Shown: positions 55,390 to 64,000 of the stretch, one piece after another | How positions within the stretch are numbered: the first letter of the stretch is position 1 | Layout: each line of letters begins with the position of its first letter | Assembly: GCA_965221165.1 (NCBI GenBank) | Contig: CBDCRP010000002.1 | Span: 576,001-640,000 of the forward strand | Direction: 5' to 3' | Source of the DNA: a bacterium | GTDB taxonomy: Bacteria; UBA8248 | DNA length: 64,000 bases | Made by a program: the position numbers and the translations under genes | The notes under the pieces: model-generated | Told to the model about the DNA's origin: nothing | Seen by the model: the letters and a program-made list of their open reading frames with translations, nothing else | The model's database searches: none

Positions 55390-56913
55390 GTGGTTCGCTG
55401 GCTTCGAAGAGGGATTCAGCTGGGGGCCCTCGGTCTTCTCCTGGCCGTCCCCGCCCTCAATTACGGGGGGATCCTCTACCAGCAGTACGGCAAGAACGGC
55501 TACCACAAGATCTCCCTGACGGGAACCGTCTTCGAACAATGGCTCTACCACCTGTTTTCGGTCACGGTCGGGCGCCTGGCGGACCCCGCCGTCCGCTCGA
55601 TGGACTGGGTGGGCAATTTCGGGTCGTTCTCCGTGTTCGGGTTCCCGATTCTCGATCCGGTGGTTGCGGCGGAGACCGTGATCCGCACCCCGGGCGTCTG
55701 GCCGGCTCTCCTGGCGGGGGCCGCGCTCCCGGTTGTTGTGGCCGTCGCCCTCGGGCGGATCTTCTGCGGGTGGGTCTGCCCGGTGAACACCCTCCTGGAG
55801 GGATTCGACCTCCTGAGACGGCGCGCGCTGCCGAAGATCGGCATCCGTCCGCCGGACCTCGTCGTTCCCCGGTGGGCCAAGTGGCTCCTGCTCGTCGTCG
55901 GGCTGAGCGCGGCGGTCGTCTTCGACATCGCCCTCTGGGCGAACCTCCTCCCCCACGTTCAGATCGGGCGGGACGTGTTTTCTCTGATGGTGTTCGGCGT
56001 CACCAACGGCGGCGTCCTGGTTTTCTCGGCGATCATTCTGGCCGAGTTGCTCCTTTCCCGCCGGGCGTGGTGCCGCTCCCTCTGCCCGACCGGCGCGGTT
56101 CTAGGCCTCTTCGGCTCCGTGGCCCCCTTTCGGGTGCGAAAAGCCGAGCGTTCCTGCATCGACGGTTGCACGGCCTGTGCGAGAGCCTGTCCCATGGGGG
56201 TCAATCCGGCGAAGCCGTTCTCCCCGGCCGAATGCTACAACTGCGGGGTCTGTACGACCGCGTGCCCCGTCGACCTCCTGACCCTGGGACTCGCTCCCTC
56301 CCGCAGACGCTTTCCGGCCAGGCTCCTCTCGCGCCTGAGAAAGGGCGTCTCCCTGGGGTTGGGGGTGGCTCTGCTCCTGATACCGGTCGCCGCCTCCGGC
56401 CATCATATGCGGGGAAAGCCCCATTACGGCTATGCCGAGAATTACCCCCAGATCCCCACGCGCGAAACGCGCGTCCGGGTCGGCCGTTACGACATCACCG
56501 TGGTGAGCTATTTTTTCGAGGGGCTGCGCCGCCAAACTTCGGACACGCCGGACGACGTGCAGTTCTACGTCAGCCTCACGGACTCTCGGACCGGCCAAAG
56601 CTACACGGGCCCCCTGACCATCGAGGTGCGCCGGGGGGAGACCCGGCTTGCGGTCTTCCAGCACGACCGGCCTCTCGAGGAAGCCGTGTACCGGGTCCGC
56701 CAGTCGGTGCCGGGAACGGGGCTTTATAACCTCAGGCTCGTCGCCGACGGGTTTCAGGGGTCCGTCTCGGTCGAAGTCCGGGGCGATACCGTCTCCTGGA
56801 TGCCGTACGCGGCATCGGGCGGGGTCCTGCTGTTCGTCTTGCTCCTCTTTTTCCACCGGAGGCGAGCCCGGGCGGCCCGCCGAAGGAAGACTCATGCGGC
56901 ACCTGGCGCGTAA
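55390..56913 (+). CDS. napH: NapH/MauN-type membrane polyferredoxin with extra C-terminal domain
   Basis: GRIFCGWVCP, WCRSLCPTG, two 4Fe-4S motifs, then about 200 extra residues. Confidence 0.82.
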   Translation: MVRWLRRGIQLGALGLLLAVPALNYGGILYQQYGKNGYHKISLTGTVFEQWLYHLFSVTVGRLADPAVRSMDWVGNFGSFSVFGFPILDPVVAAETVIRTPGVWPALLAGAALPVVVAVALGRIFCGWVCPVNTLLEGFDLLRRRALPKIGIRPPDLVVPRWAKWLLLVVGLSAAVVFDIALWANLLPHVQIGRDVFSLMVFGVTNGGVLVFSAIILAELLLSRRAWCRSLCPTGAVLGLFGSVAPFRVRKAERSCIDGCTACARACPMGVNPAKPFSPAECYNCGVCTTACPVDLLTLGLAPSRRRFPARLLSRLRKGVSLGLGVALLLIPVAASGHHMRGKPHYGYAENYPQIPTRETRVRVGRYDITVVSYFFEGLRRQTSDTPDDVQFYVSLTDSRTGQSYTGPLTIEVRRGETRLAVFQHDRPLEEAVYRVRQSVPGTGLYNLRLVADGFQGSVSVEVRGDTVSWMPYAASGGVLLFVLLLFFHRRRARAARRRKTHAAPGA

Positions 56914-57031
56914 GACAACCCATATCCTCGCCGGGACGCCGTGGGCCCTTCGCCTGGGCGACTGGACCCTCGATGAGCCGCTGAACGCCCTAGGGGCGCT
57001 GGCCGGCCGCCGGCCTGAGGATGCGCGATGA
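56894..57031 (+). CDS. Small ORF (45 aa), possibly a gene remnant
   Basis: AAGGA RBS before ATG 56894. TGA overlaps the next gene's ATG (ATGA). Confidence 0.4.
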   Translation: MRHLARKTTHILAGTPWALRLGDWTLDEPLNALGALAGRRPEDAR

Positions 57032-57606
57032 AGCCGATCGAATTCGACCGACGGACCTTCCTGCAAAAGGGGCCTTTCGCCTTTCTCCAGGCGGTCCTCT
57101 CCGGGTCTTCAACCGCTAGCGCCGATCCGCCCCGACCGCCGCTCCGGCCGCCGGGCGCCGCACCGGAGGAGGAATTCCTCGAGCTGTGCTGCGGCGTCGG
57201 CGCGTGCGCGGAGGTCTGCCCGGCCGAAGCCATCCGGCTGGTCCCCAGGACGGACGATTCAGGAGCCCTCCACCCGATCATCGTCCCCCAGGAGGCCGCC
57301 TGTATCGTCTGTGAGGACCTCGCCTGCATGAAGGCCTGCCCGAGCGGCGCCCTCACCCTGGTGTCCCGCGAGGAGATCCGGATCGGGCTCGCGCAGGTGA
57401 ACCCCGACCGCTGCCTCGCGTGGAGCGGGACGGACCCGGGCTGTGATTATTGTGTGGACCGGTGCCCGCTCGGGACACAAGCCATCCGATTCGAGCGCGC
57501 CGGATCGGTTCGGGGCCCCGTAGTCGAGAAAGGGTGTATCGGGTGCGGCGTCTGTGAGCATTTCTGCCCGACGCAACCTTCCGCCATCCGGGTGTACGGC
57601 TGCTGA
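57028..57606 (+). CDS. NapG/NapF-like polyferredoxin
   Basis: DRRTFL, LRPPGA, CIVCEDLACMKACP, CDYCVDRCP, CIGCGVCEHFCP. Confidence 0.85.
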   Translation: MKPIEFDRRTFLQKGPFAFLQAVLSGSSTASADPPRPPLRPPGAAPEEEFLELCCGVGACAEVCPAEAIRLVPRTDDSGALHPIIVPQEAACIVCEDLACMKACPSGALTLVSREEIRIGLAQVNPDRCLAWSGTDPGCDYCVDRCPLGTQAIRFERAGSVRGPVVEKGCIGCGVCEHFCPTQPSAIRVYGC

Positions 57607-58244
57607 ATCCCGCCTGAAATCTCCTAAACCATTTGGCCGGGGATTTCTCAGGGATTGTCCGGAGATCGGAGGATGGCGGCGGTAGCACTCGGGTGCTGAA
57701 GATGCCGATCCAAGAGCTGATTTTCTTGCAACTCATTATATTTCAACAGGACATATGATTTTTTTGTTCCAAAACATCTCCGGAATGCAATCCGTTTACG
57801 TGAAATATCGACCCGATAATGAAAATAATCGTGCCCAAACCATATGGCGGGCCCGGCATGCAGATGGAACATGAGGAGGTGTTTCGCCCCGTTTAAGGGC
57901 TGTTTTCCCGAGCCTTTGTAATTATTTTTGTCCGGCTACACGCTCGGACCCAGAGAGCGCTCGAGCGCCTTGAGGCGCCTGCCCCGGTGGAAGTAAAAGC
58001 ATCCGTACATTATTCTTCGCCGGGGGTAACAGATCCGCCCGGAAACTCCGCTCTGCCGGCAGCTCCCGGAAGTGGTTTTTTCCCACGAGAGCAGGACTTG
58101 CGCCTCGCGCCGTTTGCCCATCATTTGCTCTGGTCGGTGCGCTTCCCGGGCAATTGCCCCATCGCTGAGAATCCACGAACGGAAAATATCTCGAACATCC
58201 TCTCACGCGGCCAGGATTCGTTGTTGGGACAAGCCAATTTTTGG

Positions 58245-58313
58245 TTGACAATGACGGGAACAAGACCTACATTATTAAGAAATAAGAATAAATTTCTTTA
58301 TATTTGAGAAATT
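58245..58313 (+). promoter_or_regulatory. sigma70 promoter plus inverted-repeat operator upstream of iclR
   Basis: TTGACA(58245)-17 bp-TACATT(58268) and AATTTCT-N9-AGAAATT at 58291-58313. Confidence 0.65.
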
Positions 58314-58315
58314 AA

Positions 58316-59095
58316 ATGTCTACCTCTTCCCTGAAGACGATAGACAAAGCAATAGATCTCCTCTGGGCGATAGCCTATGGATCCGGCTCTTCTTCGGTGG
58401 AAGAGCTCTCCTCCGAGGTCCAACTGCCCATAAGTACGACATACCGATTCCTCAAGACCCTCCAAACCAGGGGCTTCGTGGACGCTTCCGCCGAATACGG
58501 AAAATACCGATTGGGGTCTTCCCTCTCCCTCCTCTCGAAAAACATTTCTCAGAACGGACAAAATGTAACCCTTTGCGAACTCGCGCTTCCCGTCATGAGA
58601 AGGCTCACCTCGGAAACGGGGGAAACAACTTTCTTGTGCATCAAATCGGGTCGGGAAACCATTTGCATAGAGTGCATAGAAAGTCGCCAATCGATCATCG
58701 CTCGTTTTTTTGTGGGAGAGGTGCGGCCTTTGCACGTTGGGGCGGCGTCGAAAGCCCTGCTCGCCTTTTTGCCGGATCAGGACATCGAGACGATCATGCA
58801 GCAGAAACTATCGAGGGTGACAAAAAACACGAACATCGATCCCGTCAAATTAAAAAAAGAACTCAAGGGGATTCGTGAAAAGGGCCACGCGTACAGCGAC
58901 CAGGAGTTCATTGTTGGGGCCAGGGCAATTTCCGCACCGGTGTTTGATGAGCGGGGCGCCGTTGCGGCTTCCTTGACGCTCTCGGCTCCAGTTCACCGAA
59001 TCGAAGACTCGAACCGGAAAATCCTTGCCGCCCATGTCGTCGGAGCCGCTCGGGAGGTTTCGGCGTCCCTGGGTTGGAAGGAAGCTGAAGCATAG
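58316..59095 (+). CDS. IclR family transcriptional regulator
   Basis: HTH LPISTTYRFLKTL..RGFV, TGET, PLHVGAASKALLA, ISAPVFD. Confidence 0.94.
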   Translation: MSTSSLKTIDKAIDLLWAIAYGSGSSSVEELSSEVQLPISTTYRFLKTLQTRGFVDASAEYGKYRLGSSLSLLSKNISQNGQNVTLCELALPVMRRLTSETGETTFLCIKSGRETICIECIESRQSIIARFFVGEVRPLHVGAASKALLAFLPDQDIETIMQQKLSRVTKNTNIDPVKLKKELKGIREKGHAYSDQEFIVGARAISAPVFDERGAVAASLTLSAPVHRIEDSNRKILAAHVVGAAREVSASLGWKEAEA

Positions 59096-59214
59096 AAATC
59101 CTGTTTTCGGGAAATCTGTGCGAATCCTCGTGATATGGAGTCTCGTCGTTGCTTGATCATCCATCCGGGAAGTCAAGAAAGGTTCTTTGTCTACCCAACC
59201 AAGGAGGGCAGAAA

Positions 59215-60183
59215 ATGATGCGCGCAACAAAGACGTTCATCAGGTTCGCAGTGCTGGTCATCGCCTTTTGGGCGATGACGATTTCCTCCGTCCAGGCTGC
59301 CGCGAAGTTCATTACCATCGCCGGCGGCGCTTCGGGCGGAACGTACATCGTGGTCGCAACCGGAATGGCCAAGATATTGTCCAAATACGTTTCGGGGATG
59401 CGGGCGAACGCCGAGGTCACGGGAGGTGGTTTCGGCAATACGCGCCTCATCGGAACCAAGAGAGCCGATTTTGGCCTGACGACACCGGACGCCGCCTACT
59501 TTGCGGTGCAGGGAGGCGGGCGATTCAAGCCGGGAGAAAAATACAAGCTCCGCGCTCTGATGAGCGGCCACGCCAGCATCCAACATTTCGTGACGCTTAG
59601 GAAGTCGGGAATCAAGAGTTTGTATGACTATCGAGGAAAGCGGATCTCCATCGGCCAGCCGGGAAGCTCCACGGCGGCGATGGGTGTGGCAATGCTGGAG
59701 GTCCTGGGGATCAGCACCAAACAGTTCGCCCGAACGGATCATTTGACCCAAACCGAAGCCGTTGCGGCGCTGAAGGACGGAACCGTAGACGCAACCATTC
59801 AGCTCGCCGGAATTCCGGGCGGTGCGGTAAAAGATATCACCACGACGCATGACGTGAGATTGGTCTCCATCTCCATGGAAGACATGAAGAAAATCAACAA
59901 GATGCATCCATACTGGACACCTTCCCACATTCCCAAGGGCATGTACGGCGGCATGAAGGGTGACGTCGGGGCGATGGCGTCGGCGACCATCATCATCACC
60001 CACGCGGATACGGACAACGCGACGGTCTACGCAGTGACAAAAACGGTCCTTGAGCACACCGATGAACTCGCCGCCATTCACCGCGCCGGGTTGAAGTACA
60101 AACTTCCCGGCTCCGCCGGGAACATTCCCATTCCCATTCATCCCGGCGCCGCGCGTTACTTCAAGGAAAAAGGCATTAAGTAA
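59215..60183 (+). CDS. TAXI family TRAP transporter solute-binding protein
   Basis: Signal peptide, GGASGGTY, VTGGG..N, GKRISIGQPGS, PIHPGAARYFKE. Confidence 0.93.
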   Translation: MMRATKTFIRFAVLVIAFWAMTISSVQAAAKFITIAGGASGGTYIVVATGMAKILSKYVSGMRANAEVTGGGFGNTRLIGTKRADFGLTTPDAAYFAVQGGGRFKPGEKYKLRALMSGHASIQHFVTLRKSGIKSLYDYRGKRISIGQPGSSTAAMGVAMLEVLGISTKQFARTDHLTQTEAVAALKDGTVDATIQLAGIPGGAVKDITTTHDVRLVSISMEDMKKINKMHPYWTPSHIPKGMYGGMKGDVGAMASATIIITHADTDNATVYAVTKTVLEHTDELAAIHRAGLKYKLPGSAGNIPIPIHPGAARYFKEKGIK

Positions 60184-60200
60184 CTTGCCGTACGGGCACT

Positions 60201-60232
60201 TCGGCGCCCCCGCCTGAGGGCGGGGGCGCCGA
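60201..60232 (+). other. Perfect 14-bp GC hairpin after the SBP gene (probable mRNA stabiliser/attenuator)
   Basis: TCGGCGCCCCCGCC-TGAG-GGCGGGGGCGCCGA with no U-tract. Confidence 0.7.
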
Positions 60233-60253
60233 CCACCTCAAGGGAGTCGCGCA

Positions 60254-62260
60254 GTGAACGCGAATGGCGATCCGAAGCAATCGCCGGATCCGGAAGAGGC
60301 GGGGGTGATCGTTCACGGCCGGGCCCGCCCGGACAACGCCTTCGAGCGTTTTCTCAACCCGATCATCACCTGGTTGGCCATCGCGCTGGCGGTTTTCCAC
60401 CTGTACACGGGTTTCGCCGGCGCCTACGGAGCGCTCATTCAACGTTCGATTCATTTAAGTCCGATCCTGGTACTCACATACCTTCTTTACCCAACTGCAA
60501 CGAAAGATCGGTTCTATATTTTCGGTCGACTTCTCGATACCCTTTTCATTATCGGAAGCGTCACCATAGGCCTTTACATTATCGATCAATACCATGTTCT
60601 CACCTTTCGAGACGGGAATCCGAATTTGCCGGATATGCTCCTCGGAATCCTCGCAATCATCTTGGTTCTCGAAGCAACCCGGAGGGTCATCGGCTGGACG
60701 TTGCCGTTGGTTGCCGTAGCATTCGTGATCTACGCCTATTGGGGCCCGAACATGCCGGGCGTCTTCGGGCACCGCGGTTACGACTGGGGGCGGATTTTGC
60801 AGCACGCCTACACCAGCACGGAAGGTATTTACGGGCTGCCAATCGGAGTTTCGGCGACATTCGTCATTCTGTTCATCATTTTCGGGGCTTTTCTTCAAGA
60901 GACCGGAGCGGGTCGATTTTTCATCGATCTCGCTTTCGCGCTTTTCGGTCGAGTGCGAGGCGGGCCAGCAAAAGTCGCGGTTGTGGGGAGCACTCTTTTC
61001 GGCACGATCTCAGGTAGCGCCACGGCCAACGTCGTGGGCACAGGGACATTCACCATACCGATGATGAAGCGTCTCGGGTACCAACCCACCTTTGCCGCTG
61101 CGGTCGAGGCGGTGGCGTCGACCGGCGGCCAGTTCATGCCCCCCATCATGGGTGCGGCCGTTTTCGTCATGATTGAGATGATCCACGTCACTTATAGAGA
61201 GATTATCGTCATGGCGCTGCTGCCCGCCATCCTCTATTACGTCGCGGTGTTCATCGCCGTAGACCTCGAAGCCGTGCGCCTGGGGCTTCGCGGGATGGAT
61301 CGATCGGAGCTCCCCAAGCCGGTGCGACTCCTCGCGGAAGGCTGGCCCTTTCTCGCCCCCCCTGTCATTCTCGTATTCATGTTGATGTACATGCATTGGT
61401 CCCCGACAAAAGCGGGTTTTTGGGCGATTGTGTCTACGGTTGCCGTCAGCTCCTTGAAAGCCAGCAGTCGGTTGACGCCCCGGCAGATTCTCGACGCGCT
61501 TCGTGCGGGAACAATGTCCACGTTGCAAGTCGCGCTCGCCTGCGCGTGTGCGGGAGTCGTGGTGAGCGTCTTCACGCTGACGGGCCTGGGGGCGAAGGTT
61601 TCTTTCGCTCTCCTTGAACTGGCCCATGAAGCTTTGCTTCCGATGCTGGTGATCGGCATGGTGACCAGCATTCTGCTCGGGATGGGGATGCCCACGATGC
61701 CGGCCTACATTATTCTGGCGGTGCTGATTGCCCCTTCCTTGGTCAAGGCCGGAGTGCCCAAGATATCGGCGCACCTCTTCGTCTTGTATTCCGGCATTAT
61801 CTCGGCGATCACGCCACCGGTCGCATTAGCCGCGTACGCAGGCGCCGCCATAGCCAAAGCGCCTCCGCTGCGGACGGGATTCCTGGCGATACGTATCGGG
61901 CTGGCGGCGTTCATCGTCCCGTTCATGTTCGTATACAGCCCCGGCCTCGTTTTTCTCGGAAGCCCTTGGGAAGTGGTTTACTCGATTGGGACTTCTCTCC
62001 TGGGGATCTTGGCCATCACTTATGGTGTACAGGGAAGAATGTTGCGGGAGCTCAACATCGTGGAGCGCATGTTTTTGGTGGTCTCCGGGCTTTTGTTTAT
62101 CCCTTACTCGATTTCAGCGAACGGAATCGGCCTCTTCCTGTTCCTGGCCTTGGTCGCATGGCAACGCTGGATATCCGTAGATGTTTCCTTACGTCTTCGG
62201 CGCGGAGCGGGAGCGGAGGAGGTTACGTCTTCTTACCCATCACGAGAGGAACAGCGATGA
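60254..62260 (+). CDS. TRAP transporter 4TM/12TM fused permease
   Basis: LEATRR, GGPAKVAV, GTISGSATANV, STGGQFMPPIMGA, LGMGMPT, ITPPVA. Confidence 0.94.
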   Translation: MNANGDPKQSPDPEEAGVIVHGRARPDNAFERFLNPIITWLAIALAVFHLYTGFAGAYGALIQRSIHLSPILVLTYLLYPTATKDRFYIFGRLLDTLFIIGSVTIGLYIIDQYHVLTFRDGNPNLPDMLLGILAIILVLEATRRVIGWTLPLVAVAFVIYAYWGPNMPGVFGHRGYDWGRILQHAYTSTEGIYGLPIGVSATFVILFIIFGAFLQETGAGRFFIDLAFALFGRVRGGPAKVAVVGSTLFGTISGSATANVVGTGTFTIPMMKRLGYQPTFAAAVEAVASTGGQFMPPIMGAAVFVMIEMIHVTYREIIVMALLPAILYYVAVFIAVDLEAVRLGLRGMDRSELPKPVRLLAEGWPFLAPPVILVFMLMYMHWSPTKAGFWAIVSTVAVSSLKASSRLTPRQILDALRAGTMSTLQVALACACAGVVVSVFTLTGLGAKVSFALLELAHEALLPMLVIGMVTSILLGMGMPTMPAYIILAVLIAPSLVKAGVPKISAHLFVLYSGIISAITPPVALAAYAGAAIAKAPPLRTGFLAIRIGLAAFIVPFMFVYSPGLVFLGSPWEVVYSIGTSLLGILAITYGVQGRMLRELNIVERMFLVVSGLLFIPYSISANGIGLFLFLALVAWQRWISVDVSLRLRRGAGAEEVTSSYPSREEQR

Positions 62261-63642
62261 CGCCCCAAGACGTAAATCGCGATTACAACTTGATGAACGC
62301 AAAAGTTGTGACGCCCGAAGAGATTCGCCACGCCAACGTGGCTCTGCGCGACGGGCAGATTGCTTCAGTCGAAGAAGGCCCTCTTCCCGGGAGAAGCGCG
62401 AAGGAGATCGATCTCGGGGGAAAATTCCTTCTGCCGGGAATCATCGACCCCCACGTACACCTGCGCGACATGGGGGAATCCGAAAAGGAAGACTTCACCA
62501 CCGCAACCGCCTGCGCCGCCGTCGGCGGAGTGACGACGGTGATGCAAATGCCCAACGGCATACCTGATGTTCTCACGGCCGAGGATTTTCGCGAACGAAA
62601 GTCGCTCATCGAAAATCGTACGTACGCGGATATCGCCCTCTATGCCTGGGCTTGCGATCAGAACCGAAAAGAGCTCCATCACTTCCGAGAGTTGGGCGCC
62701 ATCGGTTACAAGATTTTCACCGCTGTAACGGGGGCCTTCAAAAAAGACTTCGAGGATTACATTACAGTCGACATAGACAAGCTCTTCCTCCTGTTCGAAG
62801 AAATCGCGGGCTTCGATGGACAGATTGGAATCCACGCCGAATCAAATCCGATTCTCGATCTCTTCACCGAGCGATGCAAGGAAAATATGAAACCGGACAT
62901 CGACGCCTGGCGTCTGAGTCGGCCGAATTTCGCCGAGGACCTCGCGGTCTTCGATGCCCTCACCCTATCCACGGCTACGGGGGCCCGTTTGCATATTTGT
63001 CATGTCATCGGCGCCGAGGCGGTTCAACTCATCCGCAACGCGAAGAAAAAAAATCCGAAGATCACCTCCGAGGTGGCGCCGTGCAATCTGCTCTTGTGCG
63101 ACGAGGACCTTCACGCGGTGGGTTCATGGGGAAAATTCAGCCCGCCCGTCAAGACGGCCGCCGATCGCGAAGCCCTCCGTGAAGGGTTCCTGGACGGGAC
63201 CATCGACACCATGGGAACCGACCACGCCCCCCAGATTAACGAGCTGAAGAACAACGAAAATATATGGATCGCCCCTCCCGGCGGACCCGGCCTCGAAATT
63301 TTTCTGCCTTCGATGCTGAACGAAGTGAATCAAGGTCTCCTGACGCTCCCGACGCTTGTTGCGCGTTTGTGCGAGGCGCCGGCGAGGATTTTCCGCCTTT
63401 TCCCGAGAAAGGGGACGATCCGCGCGGGAGCGGACGCCGATCTCGTGGTGGTCGATATGGAGCGGACCGTGCTCGTCGATCCGGCGAAGGGGAAAAGCAA
63501 AGGAAAGTACACGGCCTTCGCCGACAGAACTTTTGTGGGAGCGCCGGTGATGACCTTTCTGCGCGGGGAGCTGATCGCCAAGGACGGAGACTTGGTGGTC
63601 CCGCCGGGCAGCGGCCGTTTTGCTCAACCATCGCTGGATTAA
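62257..63642 (+). CDS. Cyclic amidohydrolase (dihydroorotase/allantoinase family)
   Basis: PGIIDPHVHLRD, GGVTTVMQMPN, YKIF, HAE, HICHV, TDHAP, KGTIRAGADAD. ATG overlaps the permease stop. Confidence 0.9.
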   Translation: MTPQDVNRDYNLMNAKVVTPEEIRHANVALRDGQIASVEEGPLPGRSAKEIDLGGKFLLPGIIDPHVHLRDMGESEKEDFTTATACAAVGGVTTVMQMPNGIPDVLTAEDFRERKSLIENRTYADIALYAWACDQNRKELHHFRELGAIGYKIFTAVTGAFKKDFEDYITVDIDKLFLLFEEIAGFDGQIGIHAESNPILDLFTERCKENMKPDIDAWRLSRPNFAEDLAVFDALTLSTATGARLHICHVIGAEAVQLIRNAKKKNPKITSEVAPCNLLLCDEDLHAVGSWGKFSPPVKTAADREALREGFLDGTIDTMGTDHAPQINELKNNENIWIAPPGGPGLEIFLPSMLNEVNQGLLTLPTLVARLCEAPARIFRLFPRKGTIRAGADADLVVVDMERTVLVDPAKGKSKGKYTAFADRTFVGAPVMTFLRGELIAKDGDLVVPPGSGRFAQPSLD

Positions 63643-63692
63643 GCTCCTGATTCCATTCATTCCTCCAAACAACGGAAAACCGCGGAGAAGAT

Positions 63693-64000
63693 ATGAAAGA
63701 TCAGTGCCTGTTGCTTCGTGATTATTACGCCACGCCCGAGATGCGGACTATCTGGACCGAAGAGAACATGGTCCAAAAATGGCTCGACGTGGAGGCGGCC
63801 ATCGCCTGGGCGCAAGGGGAACTGAAGATGATTCCGAAATGGGCGTCCAAGGCCATCGTGCGCGGTTGCGACGTGAAGAAGGTCACTCCCCTTCTCGTCT
63901 TCAGCGAGTTCGAGAAGGCGCGCCACTGGATCGTCTCGCTGGTTCATGCTTTCGCGAAGGTGGCGGGGCCGGAAGGGGAATATTTCCATCTCGGAACGAC
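63693..64000 (+). CDS. Adenylosuccinate-lyase-like (fumarase/aspartase superfamily) protein, N-terminal part
   Basis: Not in ORF track. Manual translation MKDQCLLLRDYYATPEMRTIWTEENMVQKWLDVEAAIAWAQGELKMIP...EYFHLGT, running off the window end. Confidence 0.85.
   Translation, partial: MKDQCLLLRDYYATPEMRTIWTEENMVQKWLDVEAAIAWAQGELKMIPKWASKAIVRGCDVKKVTPLLVFSEFEKARHWIVSLVHAFAKVAGPEGEYFHLGT

Noticed and set aside
57648-58307. Short ORFs between the nap-like block and iclR
   Set aside because: No recognisable domains, and two overlap the iclR promoter.

Overview
GC-rich bacterial chromosome window. The core gene order rho-rpmE-prfA-prmC-murA-hisGDBHAF(IE) and mutS2-dnaG-rpoD-tRNA-zinc ribbon-rnhA-rnpB is of the Deltaproteobacteria/Nitrospinota-like type (taxonomy is inference only). 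Bases 1-42.4 kb hold housekeeping genes, all on the minus strand: partial purH, ilvA, RNase P RNA, two tRNAs, rpoD/dnaG/mutS2, his operon, rho, coaE, glycine cleavage, a short-chain acyl-CoA cluster, ileS-lspA-rluD and trpS. Bases 42.4-49.7 kb are an accessory catabolic tract (crotonase, two alpha/beta hydrolases, two cupins flanking GTAG REP-like hairpins, haloalkane dehalogenase, STAS, Gfo/Idh/MocA). From about 50.4 kb genes switch to the plus strand: a start-less 3' relic of an AioA-like/IdrA-type molybdoenzyme gene, two c-type cytochromes, a Tat-exported NapA-like molybdoenzyme with NapG, an extended NapH and a second NapG/F-like ferredoxin (no napB/C/D), then an IclR-TAXI TRAP-dihydroorotase-like-adenylosuccinate-lyase-like operon. 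The most unusual items are (1) ribosomal protein L31 extended to about 423 aa by two apparently acquired globular domains separated by repeated linkers, and (2) the non-canonical Nap-like respiratory cluster directly behind the AioA-like/IdrA relic. Family assignments come from recognised motifs, not database searches, and GC statements are by eye.
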